Assembly: GCA_951406725.2 (NCBI GenBank)
Contig: OX597825.1
Coordinates: 82,212,001 to 82,276,000 of the forward strand
Source of the DNA: Octopus vulgaris
Lineage: Eukaryota
Length of the DNA: 64,000 nt
Reading direction: 5' to 3'
A program made the position numbers and the translations under genes. Positions within the stretch are counted from its first letter, which is position 1; each line of letters opens with the position of its first letter. The notes under the pieces were generated by a model, which did no database searches, was not told the origin of the DNA, and worked only from the letters and a program-made list of their open reading frames with translations. Shown one piece after another: positions 40,098 through 54,090 of this stretch.

Positions 40098-40655
40098 AAT
40101 CTGGTCACACCTCCATTATCGGCTGAGTCCATTGTGAGGATCGCCTCACCGCCTTCTTTTGGCCGGGAGGGAAAGAGAGTTTTCTTCTGCCCGATGGCCA
40201 TAGCGAAAGAGATAGTGTGGTGGCTGAGGCTGAAAGGACTGAAGACAGACACTTCCTTCTTCGGCCGAACCCTCATCGACTTTTTCAAGTTATACTTAAA
40301 AAGGAAAGTGAGGGTTGAGAGGGAAGTACTGCCCCCAGGAATTTTGTTAAAAGGTGGGTGAATGTTACGAAAATGGCTCAGAGGAATGGCCCTACTCTGA
40401 ATATTCGTCTGTAAGCAGGAGCAATTGTGGGTAAGAAGGGTGCCTACCTGGCGTGCCTTTGGCAGTTGGGGGTGACCAGGATGTGTGGGGTGCCCATATT
40501 GGCGAATTTTGTTGCTTAATTGTATTATTTTTTTTATTGTTTACACGTTTTCTCTTTTAAACTCCGTTTGTCCCTATTTTTATATTGTCCCTGTATGTTT
40601 TTATGTTCAGCCCTTATGGCCAGTGATGAAAGGATTATCATCATCATCATCATCA
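40098..40655 (+). mobile_element. Tx1/L1-like ORF2 C-terminus and 3' UTR with (ATC)n tail
   Basis: AIAKEIVWWLR...F.KRW pattern, T-rich UTR, ends CAGCCCTTATGGCCAGTGATGAAAGGATT(ATC)n. Confidence 0.6.
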
Positions 40656-40661
40656 TTTAAA

Positions 40662-40749
<88 letters not shown>

Positions 40750-40901
40750 CTATTTTTACTTAATTGAGTTTCATTTCTTTCATGATAAACACATAACACC
40801 GAGTTACTGTGAATTTTCTTCGTCAACAGACAAATATGAAAAGAGAAGGCTCCAAGTCATCTTACATTCATATCAATTACAATAATAATAATAATAATAA
40901 C

Positions 40902-40996
<95 letters not shown>

Positions 40997-41594
40997 GAAA
41001 AAGCGAATCCCCTTAAATAATCTGGATTTGCAAAAGGCTTTGAAATGAAGCGGAAAAATTCGCAAGTCAGACTTGAACCTCATCCGGCCTTTATTTACTT
41101 GTTCTGTGACAAAGAATCAACGATGCATGTTAAAGGGCTCGCATTAGATTTGTCCCCTTATACACCCTTATAAATATCTAGGGGTTAGTGATATGGAACA
41201 TGTTTCCCAAGTAACTCCCTTGTTTGGCTTGAATAATAAATGAATTCATACGAGAAGGATAGATGTCGAAAATGATGTTGTGGTTGATGCTTATGTTGTT
41301 ATTAATAAAGAAAGCCCAGAGTGAAGGTGTTCTTGACATGACCATCACGTCCAGTTATTTGTTTATCTTTTTATGCAAAGTGAATTTAAAATAAATTTAT
41401 CGCCTTCATAACCCAAAGAAAACTAAACGAAATTTCTTTGTTATTTCCAACAAGCCTATTAATCGACTACACTCTGTCACATCACTGTATACGTACATAC
41501 ATACATGCATGCATGCATACATACATACATACATACATACATACATACATACATACATACATACATACATACATACATACATACGTGTGACCTA

Positions 41595-41786
41595 TCTGTC
41601 TGATCGCTAGCCACTACACATTCTTTATTTTCTCTCCTTGTTTCTTTCTGTGTTCTTTTCTGTGGAAGAGCGTAGACCCGAAACCTTAAAGACTTTTTCA
41701 CTTCCCGAGCGTTAAACTAACACATCTGTTTTTTGTCTACATCACCTGTCTTCGTCTTTTGTTTTTTTTGTGAATTCTTCTCCCTA
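41595..41786 (+). mobile_element. Hammerhead-bearing repeat family H2 (decayed core at 41654-41692)
   Basis: TCTTTT-CTGTGGA-AGAGCGTAGACCC-GAAA-CC-TT-AAAGA. Colinear with 24178-24330 (minus). Ends in (TA)n. Confidence 0.7.
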
Positions 41787-41959
41787 TATATATATAGGTG
41801 TGTGTGTGTGTGTCAAAAAGATGTGTTATAATACTATTCCACATATACAAAAACAGCCATACCAACAATCAAACATACCTCCATCATCAGCTGCCCCACG
41901 GATATCATTATGGTTTCGACACCTGGGTAGTACCATTCAATCCGGCAGTGTCAACACCA

Positions 41960-42004
<45 letters not shown>

Positions 42005-42762
42005 GCATAAATGTATGTATATATGAATGCATAAATGTGTGCATAAATTCACACATGCGGTATACACACGTACAAACACACACACACGCGCGCACGCATG
42101 CACACACAAACACACACACACACACACAAACGTGGATTATATCAAATTGATGTTTAGTTTTAAGTGAACCCTGACCCCGTAGAGTTGTGCAGTCAATAGT
42201 TTTACAACCGTGACAAACCTACTTGAACGATAACGAGGTGCCATTTTGAAAGACAATCCTACTTAAACGACAATTCTACTTGAAAGATAAGAAGGTGCGA
42301 TCTTACTGGTTTTTAGCAAATCAAGATACATCGTGAAGTTTTCGTTATTAACACGCAAAAAAAAAAATATATATATTTGAGCACTTTTTCTCACTTAAGT
42401 AATCCATTGTGAATTAGTAAGAAACATTTTGACCTTCATATTGGTATCTCATGTGTGTGTGGTGGTGGTGGTGGTGGTGGTGGAGGTGTGCTGGTGGGAG
42501 TAGGTGACTGGGTCAGGATTTGCAGCTGTAGCACCTCTATTCTACTGGCAAGGATTTCTTCTATGCCAAAAATACACGAGTCCGAAATACGGTTAAACAA
42601 TCCCCCGTCCCAAAATCAATATATAATGATTACCCCATTGATGAATTTCTTTGAACAGGAAATGAAACTGTTTTATGGTATTTAAGAGAAAAGTGCAAAG
42701 CTATGCAGTTCTATAAATACGCACACACACACACATACACTCACAGACATACACACACACAC

Positions 42763-42805
<43 letters not shown>

Positions 42806-43394
42806 CGCACGCAAACGTTTAAATTTAAGTATTACAAAACATGACTGTAGCTTAAATGTAAACGTAAACGCAGTCAGCGCTATGAACGTTCGGCAATAAA
42901 AGGGACAGCATCTCCTGAATATCTATTTCATTGGGTGTTTGAACATTGATCAAGGATACGTATCTGGTTTCCTTCTTAAATAAAGGCTTAGTTATGTGAT
43001 ATAAAAATCAGTCATAACTTAGGCTAGCACCGTAGTAGATAGGCTAATTTGCCTATTTGAACATTTGACAGCTTGTCATTAAAAAAAACTATCGGTTTTA
43101 TGTATAACAAAATGTAAATCGGAAGAACTGAAATAATTCAAGCTACAGAAAGCCTCACTGTGGTTTAAATAAGAATGTAAATGTATTCTTTCAGTGTTAT
43201 TGATACTTTGTAATGTTTAAATATATTTCGGTTCTTCTAAATTACTCTGTGTTCTGCATAAAGTACACACACAGTAAGACACAGTCACACATATCATTTA
43301 ATATACTGAGGATTTAAATTCGAGCTATCATTAGTTTCATGCTGATAAAACACAGAATTCAGGAAAAGCTTGAACTGCGTTCCATGTATTTTCA

Positions 43395-43777
43395 GACAGA
43401 CATAGGTATTAAGTCGATTACATCGACCTCAGTGCGTAACTGGTACTTAATTCATCGACCCCGAAAGGATGAAAGGTAAAGTCGACCTCGGCGGAATTTG
43501 AACTCACAACGTAACGGCAGACAAAATACCTATTTCTTTATTACCCACGAGGGGCTAAACACAGAGGGGACAAACAAGGACAGAACAAACAAGGACAGAC
43601 ATAGGTATTAAGTCGATTACGTCGACCCCAGTGCGTAACTGGTACTTAATTTATCGACCCCGAAAGAATGAAAGGTAAAGTCGACCTCGGCGGAATTTGA
43701 ACTTACAACTTAACGGTAGACAAAATACCGCTAAGCATTTCGCCCGACGTTCTAATGATTCTGCCAGCTCGCCGCCC
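43395..43777 (-). mobile_element. SINE-B head-to-tail dimer
   Basis: Same junction as the other arrays (AAATACCTATTTCTTTA at 43524-43540). Full head at 43725-43777. Confidence 0.92.
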
Positions 43778-44448
43778 TAGGTATACATATACATAAAGGT
43801 ATATATACGCGTGTGAGTGTCTGTGTATGTAAATATACACATGTTTATCTTTCCATGTTTGTATACGATTCCTTACATACAAAGTTATTTCACTTTCAAC
43901 GTAAGTGTCAATGAATTATCCATAGATATTCATACGAATGAAAGTTAGTCGTTCTATTTGATAAATTGATAAGCCATGTCAGGGCTGTTTTATTTTCACA
44001 GTTTTATAACAAACATACTTGTATCCTTTCCCTTTTTCTCTCTACCATCCAATCTGTCAGATATATTATGATATGGCTGACAGATTAGAAAGGAAAAACA
44101 TGGTAGCTGTGATATTCCGTTACTAAAATGTTTGATAGAACGTCAAAAAACACCGTAACAATAATCAAACAAAACGCAAAATAACAAAATTCAAGATGGA
44201 GCATTTTACAATTTTAGTACCAAGGAATACTGGGGCAACGCAGGAGAACGGAGGGAGAAGCCTGGCTGTTTATTGGCTCCCGTGTTTCATCTTCTCTGTA
44301 TATTATAAACGAAATATTTTCGTTTGAAAGATTAGGAACAAGGAAGAATAATGTCAGTTGTAACTATGCAATCCTTTTTGACATCGGCCTGATAAAATAA
44401 TATTTTTCCCATACCTTATCAGAATCGATACAAAAATCTCCGGGAAAT

Positions 44449-44466
44449 GACTGCAGATGGCGCCAG
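44449..44466 (+). promoter_or_regulatory. Candidate CTCF-binding motif
   Basis: GACTGCAGATGGCGCCAG is close to the CTCF core CCASYAGRKGGCRS and lies in unique sequence. Motif match only. Confidence 0.3.
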
Positions 44467-44694
44467 TATGTCACAACATCTCAGGTCTATATAAAAAGTG
44501 ACACATGCAGGCATTTATTACACATACAGACGCATAGTGACGCACATATCTACACACTCAAGCACACGTACATACACACGCACACACGTACACACACATA
44601 CAAACACACACATTTGTACTCACACTCGTGTCAATATATGCATGTATATATGTATCTTTGTATGTTTGTGTGTGTGTGCGTATCTCTCTTTCTC

Positions 44695-45086
44695 TCTTTT
44701 ACTTGTTTCCGTCATTTGACTGCGGCCATGCTGGAGCACCGCCTTTAATCGAGCAACTCGACCCCAGGACTTATTCTTTGTAAGCCCAGTACTTATTCTA
44801 TCGGTCTCTTTTTGCCGAACCGCTAAGTGACGGGGACGTAAACACACCAGCATCGGTTGTCAAGCAATGCTAGGGAACAAACACAGACACACAAACAAAC
44901 ACATATATATATATACATATATACGACAGGCTTCTTTCAGTTTCCGTCTACCAAATCCACTCAAAAGGCATTGGTCGGCCCGGGGCTATAGCAGAAGACA
45001 CTTGCCCAAGATGCCACGCAGTGGACTGAACCCGGAACCATGTGGTTGGTTAGCAAGCTACTTACCACACAGCCACTCCTGCGCCT
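44695..45086 (-). mobile_element. SINE family A, full length, young
   Basis: Near-identical to the reverse complement of 61052-61480. Confidence 0.95.
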
Positions 45087-45090
45087 ATAC

Positions 45091-45154
<64 letters not shown>

Positions 45155-45278
45155 ATACATACGTATATATGTATGTGTGTGTATGTATATATATACATAC
45201 ACGCACTTACACTTGCATAGTATAAGTGAATGGGTGGGTTCGTACGCGTGTCACTTCACATATTTAGGTTAGCATACA

Positions 45279-45400
<122 letters not shown>

Positions 45401-46055
45401 GACACAGATATATTGTATTTCGGGATGGCCATTTTTCGTTTGTGCCAAATAAACACACGCACTATATTTTTCTCTTCTCTTTTCTTCACTCGTTTGTTAC
45501 TGTTATTATTTTATTATTTTAACTCCTGTCTATTGCCCCCAGTGGCTCCATTCTATTCTTCAAAGTTGTGTATCCATATGTGCTCATGCGCACAAAAGGA
45601 TACGGGCAAAATGCTTCCAAGTATTTTGTCTATCTTCAAGTTCCGAGTTCAAATGCTGCTGGGGTCGACAAATTAAGCACCAGTTAAGCACTGAGGTCGA
45701 TGTAATCGAATTAACCCTTCCCCAAAAATTTTAGCCCTTCTTTCTATAGTAGAAAGGAATATTATCCTTGTTCAAAAGCTGGTAATCTCAAGCATATTTC
45801 TACAGCTGCATCTTCTACACTTCCGTGTTACTTTGGGAGTGTAAACTCTTACGAGTATTGTACTGCATCAGTTTGTTTCTTTTATTTATGAGGTTTGGTA
45901 CAGTCTTTTATTGTATTAGTGTTTGCATTGTGTGTTGTGTGTGTAATATGTTGGGTGCATGACCTGCCGGTGGCAGTTTATTTCATTGGATATTTGCTGT
46001 ATAGAATGTGTCTCGTGTTTGCAGATTCTTTTGTTTAGGTTGTATTATTGAAGTG

Positions 46056-46213
<158 letters not shown>

Positions 46214-46464
46214 CATCATTATTGTGTGAGGGAGCAGTGCATGCCATCAAATTACACTGGGGTACAAATATACGAAGCCCAGTATACCCATCATGACTAC
46301 CCGTCTTTATGCTTCTGCATAAAGTCCATTATTTGCTTGCAATAGAGAAGAACAGAAAAAAGCATTACCCTACAGCTGGGTGCAATTTAAGCGACCTTTG
46401 TCAGGTAATAATTAGTTTGTGTTAATTCTGTATTACTTTCGGTACAACTCTGGTGTGTGTGAGT

Positions 46465-46547
46465 GTGTGTGGACATATGTGAATATATATATTATTAATA
46501 GACAACAATGCAAGACATTATTATATATACGTATACATATATATGCG

Positions 46548-46581
<34 letters not shown>

Positions 46582-46898
46582 TACTCCTATAAACGTAAAT
46601 CAGTATGTATGTTTGTATGAGGATGTGTATATATATGATATATAATATAATATAATTTAATATAATATAAATAATATAATATATGTGTGTGTGGACATAT
46701 GTGAATATATATATTAACAGACAACAATGCAATGCATTATTATATATATGTATACATATACATGCGTATACATACATACATATATTTATATATATACATA
46801 CTCCTATAAATGTAAATGAGTATTTATGTTTGTGTGAGGACGTGTATATATGATATATAATATAATATGATTTAATATAATATAATATGTGTGTGTGT
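46465..46898. repeat. Local tandem duplication, two ~220-bp units
   Basis: Both units start GTGTGTGGACATATGTGAATATATATATT and contain AGACAACAATGCAA and ATACTCCTATAAAYGTAAAT. A short inverted copy lies at ~48993-49027. Confidence 0.85.
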
Positions 46899-46907
46899 AA
46901 AGTAACA

Positions 46908-46974
46908 GTTTAGAAAAAAAGACCATTGGTTTCGTATCTAATGTGAACTAGACATTTCTTCAGTTTTTCTAAAC
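46908..46974 (-). ncRNA. Type I hammerhead ribozyme in the 3' region of a Penelope-like element
   Basis: Minus strand GTTTAGAAAAA-CTGAAGA-AA-TGTCTAG-TTCACA-TTAGATA-C-GAAA-CCAATGG-TC-TTTTTTTCTAAAC: long stem I, 7-bp stem II, GUC triplet. Confidence 0.85.
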
Positions 46975-47091
46975 GATAACTGTTCTCTGCAAAGAATGAT
47001 TTTTTTTTAACATAAGAACACCGGTGATAGTTAAAACGGTATTCCTCTTTAAAAGTTATGTCCGAGCGAGTTGTCTTCCTTCGCTTGATAG

Positions 47092-47615
47092 CTAGGTTTT
47101 CCAATTCTGAAGTAAAAATTTTCGAAAATGTGGACAACTCCCCACGGCTTCCGTCCTGGAGTTAAGGTAGCCTCCTGGCTCATGTGAGTTCCTAAAGATT
47201 ATATATATTCTTCTACCATACCCAATTTACATAGTCTTGTTCCATTGCGATAGGGTCTACAAGTTTCTGCTAATTTCCACCTGATGTTAAAGGGTGTATG
47301 ATCGTCCTTCAAGCGCCATACGTATGCTGCGAGTGTCGTGGTGTTGCGTCTCTGCGGGACCCTGAAAGAAGATCTGTGGTTGTTCAGGCGAATTCTAAAT
47401 TTGGATTCACAAGATCCGACATAAATTTTAGTGTGTGTCCCTGTGTTTGCATTGATGTTACTGATATTTGTGCTGCTTCTGTTTGAGGCTACGTTTGCTT
47501 GGTACACTGTAGTCTCGATGTTACATCGGCCGTTCACTGAGCATTCATTTCTAATCCCGCACGAACAACCTGCCTCTGTCCGTGGTTTAGGAGTGCTAAG
47601 TAATTTTTTCTTTAC
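47092..47615 (-). mobile_element. Penelope-like element: Cys-rich linker and GIY-YIG endonuclease (5'-truncated)
   Basis: CSCGIRNECSVNGRC..TTVYQANV...IYVGSCESKFRIRLNNHRSSF...LAAYVWRLKD...RLCKL. After a frameshift in a (TA) run it continues YLNSRTEAVGSCPHFRKFLLQNWKT*. The CxCx5Cx5C linker resembles Naiad-type PLEs (from recall). Confidence 0.9.
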
Positions 47616-48092
47616 ATTGGGTGCACAATACTTGAATTTAATAACAATTAGGTATGTGTTATCTTTCTTGTTCACCTCAGTTATTTTATGTACAAAATAA
47701 TATATTTAAACACACACACATAAACATACATACGCGCAAATATAATACGTATATCTGTGTGTGTGTATGTATGCCTCTACATACTTAGAGAAATGCACGC
47801 ACACGTATACATACATGTGTGGTTGTGTGGATGCGCTTGTGTGCCCTCAAATATAAAGAGATAATTTCTCCTTGTAAATAAATATTTATAGATTGGGAGC
47901 GGTACACATGACTGGACATATACTCACACACACACAATAACACTCAGACACACATATGCATACATACAAAAACACATTCACACACACACATTGTCGCACA
48001 CATAAAGAGAAAAAGTGCAATGCACAAGTAGAAGAGTGTAGATGCCTATATATGGGTGTATGTGTGTGTGCATGTGTGTAATGTATATATAT

Positions 48093-48512
48093 ATTCTTTT
48101 ATTCTTTTATTTATTTCAGTCATTTGACTTAGGCCATGCTGGAGCACCGCCTTTAGTCGAAACAAATCGACCCCAGGACTTATTCTTTGTAAGCCTGGGA
48201 CTTGTTCTATCGGTCTCTTTTGCCGAAGAGCTAAGTTACGGCGACATAAACACACCAACTTCAGCAGTCAAACGATGGTGGCGACAAGCGCAGACGCACA
48301 AACATATATACATATACACACACACGCGCGCGCGCGCACACACATATATATATACATATATACGACGGGATTCTTTCAATTTCCGTTTGCCAAGTTCACT
48401 CACAAGGCTTTGGTCGGCCCGAGGCTTTAGTAGGAGACACTTACCCAAGATATCACGCAGTGACACTGAACCCAGAACCACGTGATTGGTAACCAAGCTA
48501 CATACCACACAC
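48093..48512 (-). mobile_element. SINE family A, near full length
   Basis: Colinear with family A. Confidence 0.9.
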
Positions 48513-48521
48513 AACGCCAGC

Positions 48522-48552
<31 letters not shown>

Positions 48553-49158
48553 TATATATATATATATATATACATATATATACATACATACTACATAATA
48601 CATACATACATGCATACATACATACATACATTTATGTACATATCTATGTACGTAGACACACACACATGTATATATATAGATCTACAAATATATTTACGTA
48701 GTTATATACGTTGTCATATATGCACTCAAGCACACACGTGTGTATGTGTATGTATGTGTGTGTTTGTTTGTAATTGTGAGTGTGGAAGTGAGTGTGTTCG
48801 GTGCTATCTCAGTTTAGTCACATTTATGGCATTTCAAGCATTCTAAAGAAGCACAGAATCAATATTAAGGAAGGTCTCAAAGAAAACATGTGGTGAACTC
48901 CAGGATTAGTTAGATAACAAGTCAGTAGAAAATCGCCGAGGCGTGATATTGTCATATCCATCAAGCCGTGACCATATCATATATGTGTATGTATATATAA
49001 TAATGCATTGCATTGTTGTCTATTAATGATGTGCTGTGTGGAAACTGTACCGCATTGTTATCAACGGAATGCTAACAGTTAATCCTCACACGATATAGCA
49101 TTGTTTGTAAGATCTGTGGTGTTAAAAATCTAAGCAGTGAAGAGTGAAACTATACACA

Positions 49159-49259
<101 letters not shown>

Positions 49260-50268
49260 TTCTTATAAACTTTATTTCTGGATTTTGATGAAAACCATAG
49301 AGATGTTATGAGTCCGGCGCCTGAGGCGTTTTCAAAGTCATTCAGGTTCGACTTTTGAACTTCCGGTTTCAGTAGCTCTTGTTCGTATCCCTTTTATGGT
49401 GTCTACGTATTGTTCGCAGCCCCCAAACAGTTAACAGCCTGGAAAAGTGATATTTCCCTCGAACTGCAGCTCTCTGGAACTCACCACCTTCGCCTTGGTT
49501 TATGATACTAAATCGTTAAGATTTCTGCCAAACGATTGCTTTAGAATTTCTTGGCGCCTTCTTTTCTTTCTTTGAAGTCCCTTATGCTATAGTGGTTTCA
49601 CTCCTCGCCTGGGGCAAAATTATAAAAAAAAAATAGCCGGAGCATTAAATAATTAAAGAGTATATAATTTATTTGCAGTGTTGAATTCAATTTCTAAAGT
49701 TGTATCGTAATTTTGACTGCTTTCTTGCGGAGAAAACTGTACAACTTGTTAGTATCCTTTTCCACAGATCCTCTGAGAGACAAATGGGAGGAAGAAGATA
49801 AGTTGTTCTATTCCTGTAGCCCTGACCCCGATATTGTAGTAACAGATTGAGCAGTGCTAAACGCAACACCAGAGGATCAAGTGCTGGTACTAAAACAGGA
49901 CAAAGAGTCTGCTACCCTAGAACTAAGAATGCAAAGAGACAGATGAGAATATCACCTAAAAGGCCGAAACAACTACTGCAAGGTATCCCGTCCCACACGC
50001 TAACTGTTAATACACTCAAAACCTAAAGCCTTCGAAGTTACAGTCTTTCGCTTATGTATGTATATCGAGAAAGGATCAAAGTTCCTTCCCGAGCCATAGG
50101 TTTATGTAATGCTTCCCGTAGCAGAAACAGCTGTCGGATCTGATTGTGTAACTCGGTAATGAGACAAAAATTTTGACACGAAATAATAAATGTTTCACTA
50201 AAGTTAATGGTTCTTGCGAGATTTTGAATGGCTAACCTCTCATCCACGATTCAATTCACATGCATATA

Positions 50269-50302
<34 letters not shown>

Positions 50303-51363
50303 CATGCATATGTATACATAAACATATAAACATACATATATACTTAAATATAAATGCATACATATATATATATATTTGAAGTAACAGCACTAAGAGTACA
50401 TTTGTATTGTCCTCTACGTATGAATGTGTTTGTGTGTATTTTCTTGTGCAGTGTATGTGTGTATATATAAATGTATGTTTGTGTATATGTATTTACGTAT
50501 GCACTGCCCGTGTGTGTGTGCGTGCGTGTAGTGAGAATTTCTCTTCGTTACCAAATTCAAGATTTTACTGATAACCATTTCTAAATGTTCCCAGTATTCT
50601 TTATTACATCGCCCCTCGCTTCCACCAGAGCCAGGATTTACCATATCTTTAAAGTGTATCGCAACTTTTTCCATTGAAAATTTCCCTGAAAATCTAAAAT
50701 ATCCAAGTGTTCTTATCTTTATTTACCACCCCGAGAACAACACTAACAATAATAACAACAAGCAAAAAAAAAAAAAAACTATTTCCTTGTTTAACTTAGT
50801 GCAATCTGTCGCCATTAACACCCAAGGCGATGTAAGGCGTTGAAGAAGGTGTTATTTTAAGGGAACTGTTAATTGTACGGAAATAATATATCTAAATCCC
50901 TTGGTTCCTCTTATATAAGGGGCCACAAACATTTACAGTCACAATATTGGGAGCAATGAAAAAAAAATAGGGAGTGTGGAATCACCCGAAGAAAAGGAAA
51001 TTTATTTTTCCTCTCCGTCTTTTTAAAATACCGTCTTCACAGACTTGCACAGACTTCTACATACATTCATTCGCACGTGAACGAAAATAAAACACACACA
51101 GAAACACGCACATATATACACACGTATATGTACAAACACACATATACTCTGTCTGTCTGTCTGTCTCTGTCTCTCTCTCTCTCTCTCATACACATCCACA
51201 CAAACTGTCTCTCACACACACCCAAACATGACACGGAATTGGTTTGCTGTAGTTTATTGACGATCAGATTAGATAACGGCGTTGATCACTTTGTATATGA
51301 AAGTATGTGTGTGTACACATACATTCATATACATGTATATAGATATAAACAGGTATGTATATA

Positions 51364-51407
<44 letters not shown>

Positions 51408-51545
51408 GCATATATATATATACATACATATATATGTATATGTATATATGTACATATATAAAATATATATATATATTTACATATATATATGTATATGTGT
51501 GTGTATATATATACATACATACATATATATATGTATATATATATT

Positions 51546-51619
<74 letters not shown>

Positions 51620-51865
51620 CATACATACATACATACATACACACACATTTGTGAAGGGAGGTCATCGCTCCCATGTCTAATCTTACGTGATACACACGGA
51701 CTCAAATTTCTGGGTGGTTACTCGTCCGCAGCGTCTCTTAATCACCAGTCGGACACAGAACGTGTGTCATTAGCCAGCTGGAGGATATGTCTTCCTGGTG
51801 CTATAAACTTCAGTAGCACTGTCCTGTATAGGACGCCACACTTAGTTGGAAATATATATATTACG

Positions 51866-51921
<56 letters not shown>

Positions 51922-52051
51922 GCATTGTAGCTTTTGAGTTGTTTTAGCTCTTATTTTTAGCAAACGCGGTGCTAGTCCGTACTCTCTGCCGCTTTTGTGT
52001 TCTCTATTATTTTCCCTTTAAGTTCTAATTGCTAAAAAGCCACGTTTTTTA

Positions 52052-52136
<85 letters not shown>

Positions 52137-52179
52137 TGTATCTATAATATATAGAGTCGAATGTTATCATCCCCCTGGG

Positions 52180-52325
52180 AGATCCATTTACAACTGAGCG
52201 GACTGGTGCAATGTGAAACGAATTGTTTTGCCCAAGAACAAAACGCGTCACCCGGTCCCATAACCGAACCCACGATTGCTAGATCGTGAGTGCAACAATC
52301 TAGTCAGTAGACAACGCGGCTTCAC
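52180..52325 (-). mobile_element. SINE family C-related 5' fragment, decayed
   Basis: CAACTGAGCGGACTGGTGCAATGTGAAA...TTGCCCAAGAACA...CGCGGCTTCAC resembles 22410-22543. Confidence 0.6.
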
Positions 52326-52903
52326 ACGCGCACACATACATACACGCACACATGCACGCGCGCACAGGCACATATACGCAATCACACAACATATACACAT
52401 ACATACATATGGTTCAAAAACATCAAAGACAAGAAGGGGAGATGAAATGTAAGGGAGGAGGCGGGTAAGAGTGAAACAGGACCTTATCTTCTCATATAAA
52501 ATAGACCTCTGTGACTGTGTATTCGCTTTTCATGCGAAAGTGGCTGCGCGAATTGCTTCCATACTTAGGATGCATGGATAATTTGACCTCGAATACACAA
52601 TAGGGTCTTCAGGTTTATTTCTTATTAAAAATAAATAATATTGCTTTCTATATATGATCCATTTCTTTAAAAAACGGATTCACATTGTCAGTTTCCGAAA
52701 TTGACGTAGCAACGCCGAAATTTTCAGTTTTCATTTGTAATCCCATTCACTTTCTATTTTAATGTTTTTATTTCAAGTTTCAATTCGCTGTTTGCAAACA
52801 ACTACGATAAATTACGGAAGGAAATATTTACTAAGTTCACAAATTTAAATATTCGGTACAAGAACTTTTATTTATACAATTAATTGTTTGCAATAGTCTC
52901 TCC

Positions 52904-52957
<54 letters not shown>

Positions 52958-53065
52958 ACACAAATACAACAGTCAGTAACATACGCACACATGTATGTGT
53001 TTGTATGTAGGTTTGTATACATTTATGTATATGTGTGTTTGAGTGTGCATGTATGAGTGAAAGAA

Positions 53066-53301
53066 GGCGGCGAGCTGGCAGAAACGTTAGCACGTCGGGC
53101 GAAATGCTTAGCGGTATTACGTCTGCCGTTACGTTGAGTTCAAATTCCGCCGAGGTCGACTTTACCTTTCATCCTTTCATCCTTTTGGGGTCGATAAATT
53201 AAGTACCAGTTACGCACTGGGGTCGATGTAATCGACTTAATACCTATGTCTGTCCTTGTTTGTCCCCTCTATGTTTAGCCCCTTGTGGGTAATAAAGAAA
53301 T
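53066..53301 (+). mobile_element. SINE-B full-length monomer with 16-bp TSD
   Basis: Head GGCGGCGAGCTGGCAGAAACGTTAG, B box GAGTTCAAATTC, tail AATAAAGAAAT. TSD ATGTATGAGTGAAAGA at 53049-53064 and 53302-53317. The central CCTTTCATCCTTT.GGGGTCGATAAATTAAGTACCAG resembles the MetaSINE domain (from recall). Confidence 0.95.
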
Positions 53302-54007
53302 ATGTATGAGTGAAAGAGAGAGAGTCAGACAAGGGGTGTGTTTTCATGTATATGTATATATATATATATATATATATAGATAAATATATATATACATAGA
53401 TTTATATGGGTGTATTGTGTGTGTATGTGATTGTTTTATTTCTGTCTCAGAGCTTGCTACGTAAGCAAACGTCTTACGCCTATAAGCTTACATCTTTCTC
53501 TCCCTTGCCTCTCAATTCTTTTCTTTCTGTTTGATGAAGGATGTAACGCTTCAGTTTCTTCCATTTTTTGTGTGTAGTTATCTTCATTGTACACTGTTTT
53601 GATTGTTTTCTTTTTGTTGTGTATTTCTACCCCTTTTCAGTCACAAACTTTCGCTGGTCTGAAGTCAGGCGCGATTTTTTCGGTCTGCCTCCATTTAGCC
53701 ACAAAATTCTACTCCTGCTATTTGTCGTATTAATTACGGCTCACTCTCTCCCCTCTTGCGCTCTCTCTTTCTCTGATTCTCTCCCCTCTCTCTCTCTCTC
53801 ACACACACGCTAACACATGCACACATACACACACATTCGCACACACAAGCACACGGACATAGAGAAACCAATTAAGCAATTACTAATCACATAATATATA
53901 GAGTCATTGACCTATCTTTATGAAAGGAAACAAAACTAGCATTACGCAAATTGTTGCAATCTGCTTATTATCATTATTAGTAACCTACATACATACATAT
54001 ATATGTG

Positions 54008-54090
<83 letters not shown>

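Noticed and set aside
42215-42300. Three short CTACTT(G/A)AA(C/A)GA repeats
   Set aside because: Too short and degenerate to assign; probably a remnant of a transposon subterminal repeat.
44867-45220. Recurrent peptide RASFSFRLPNPLTRLWSARG...PRSGTEPGTMW in many ORFs
   Set aside because: It is the antisense translation of SINE-A, not a gene family.
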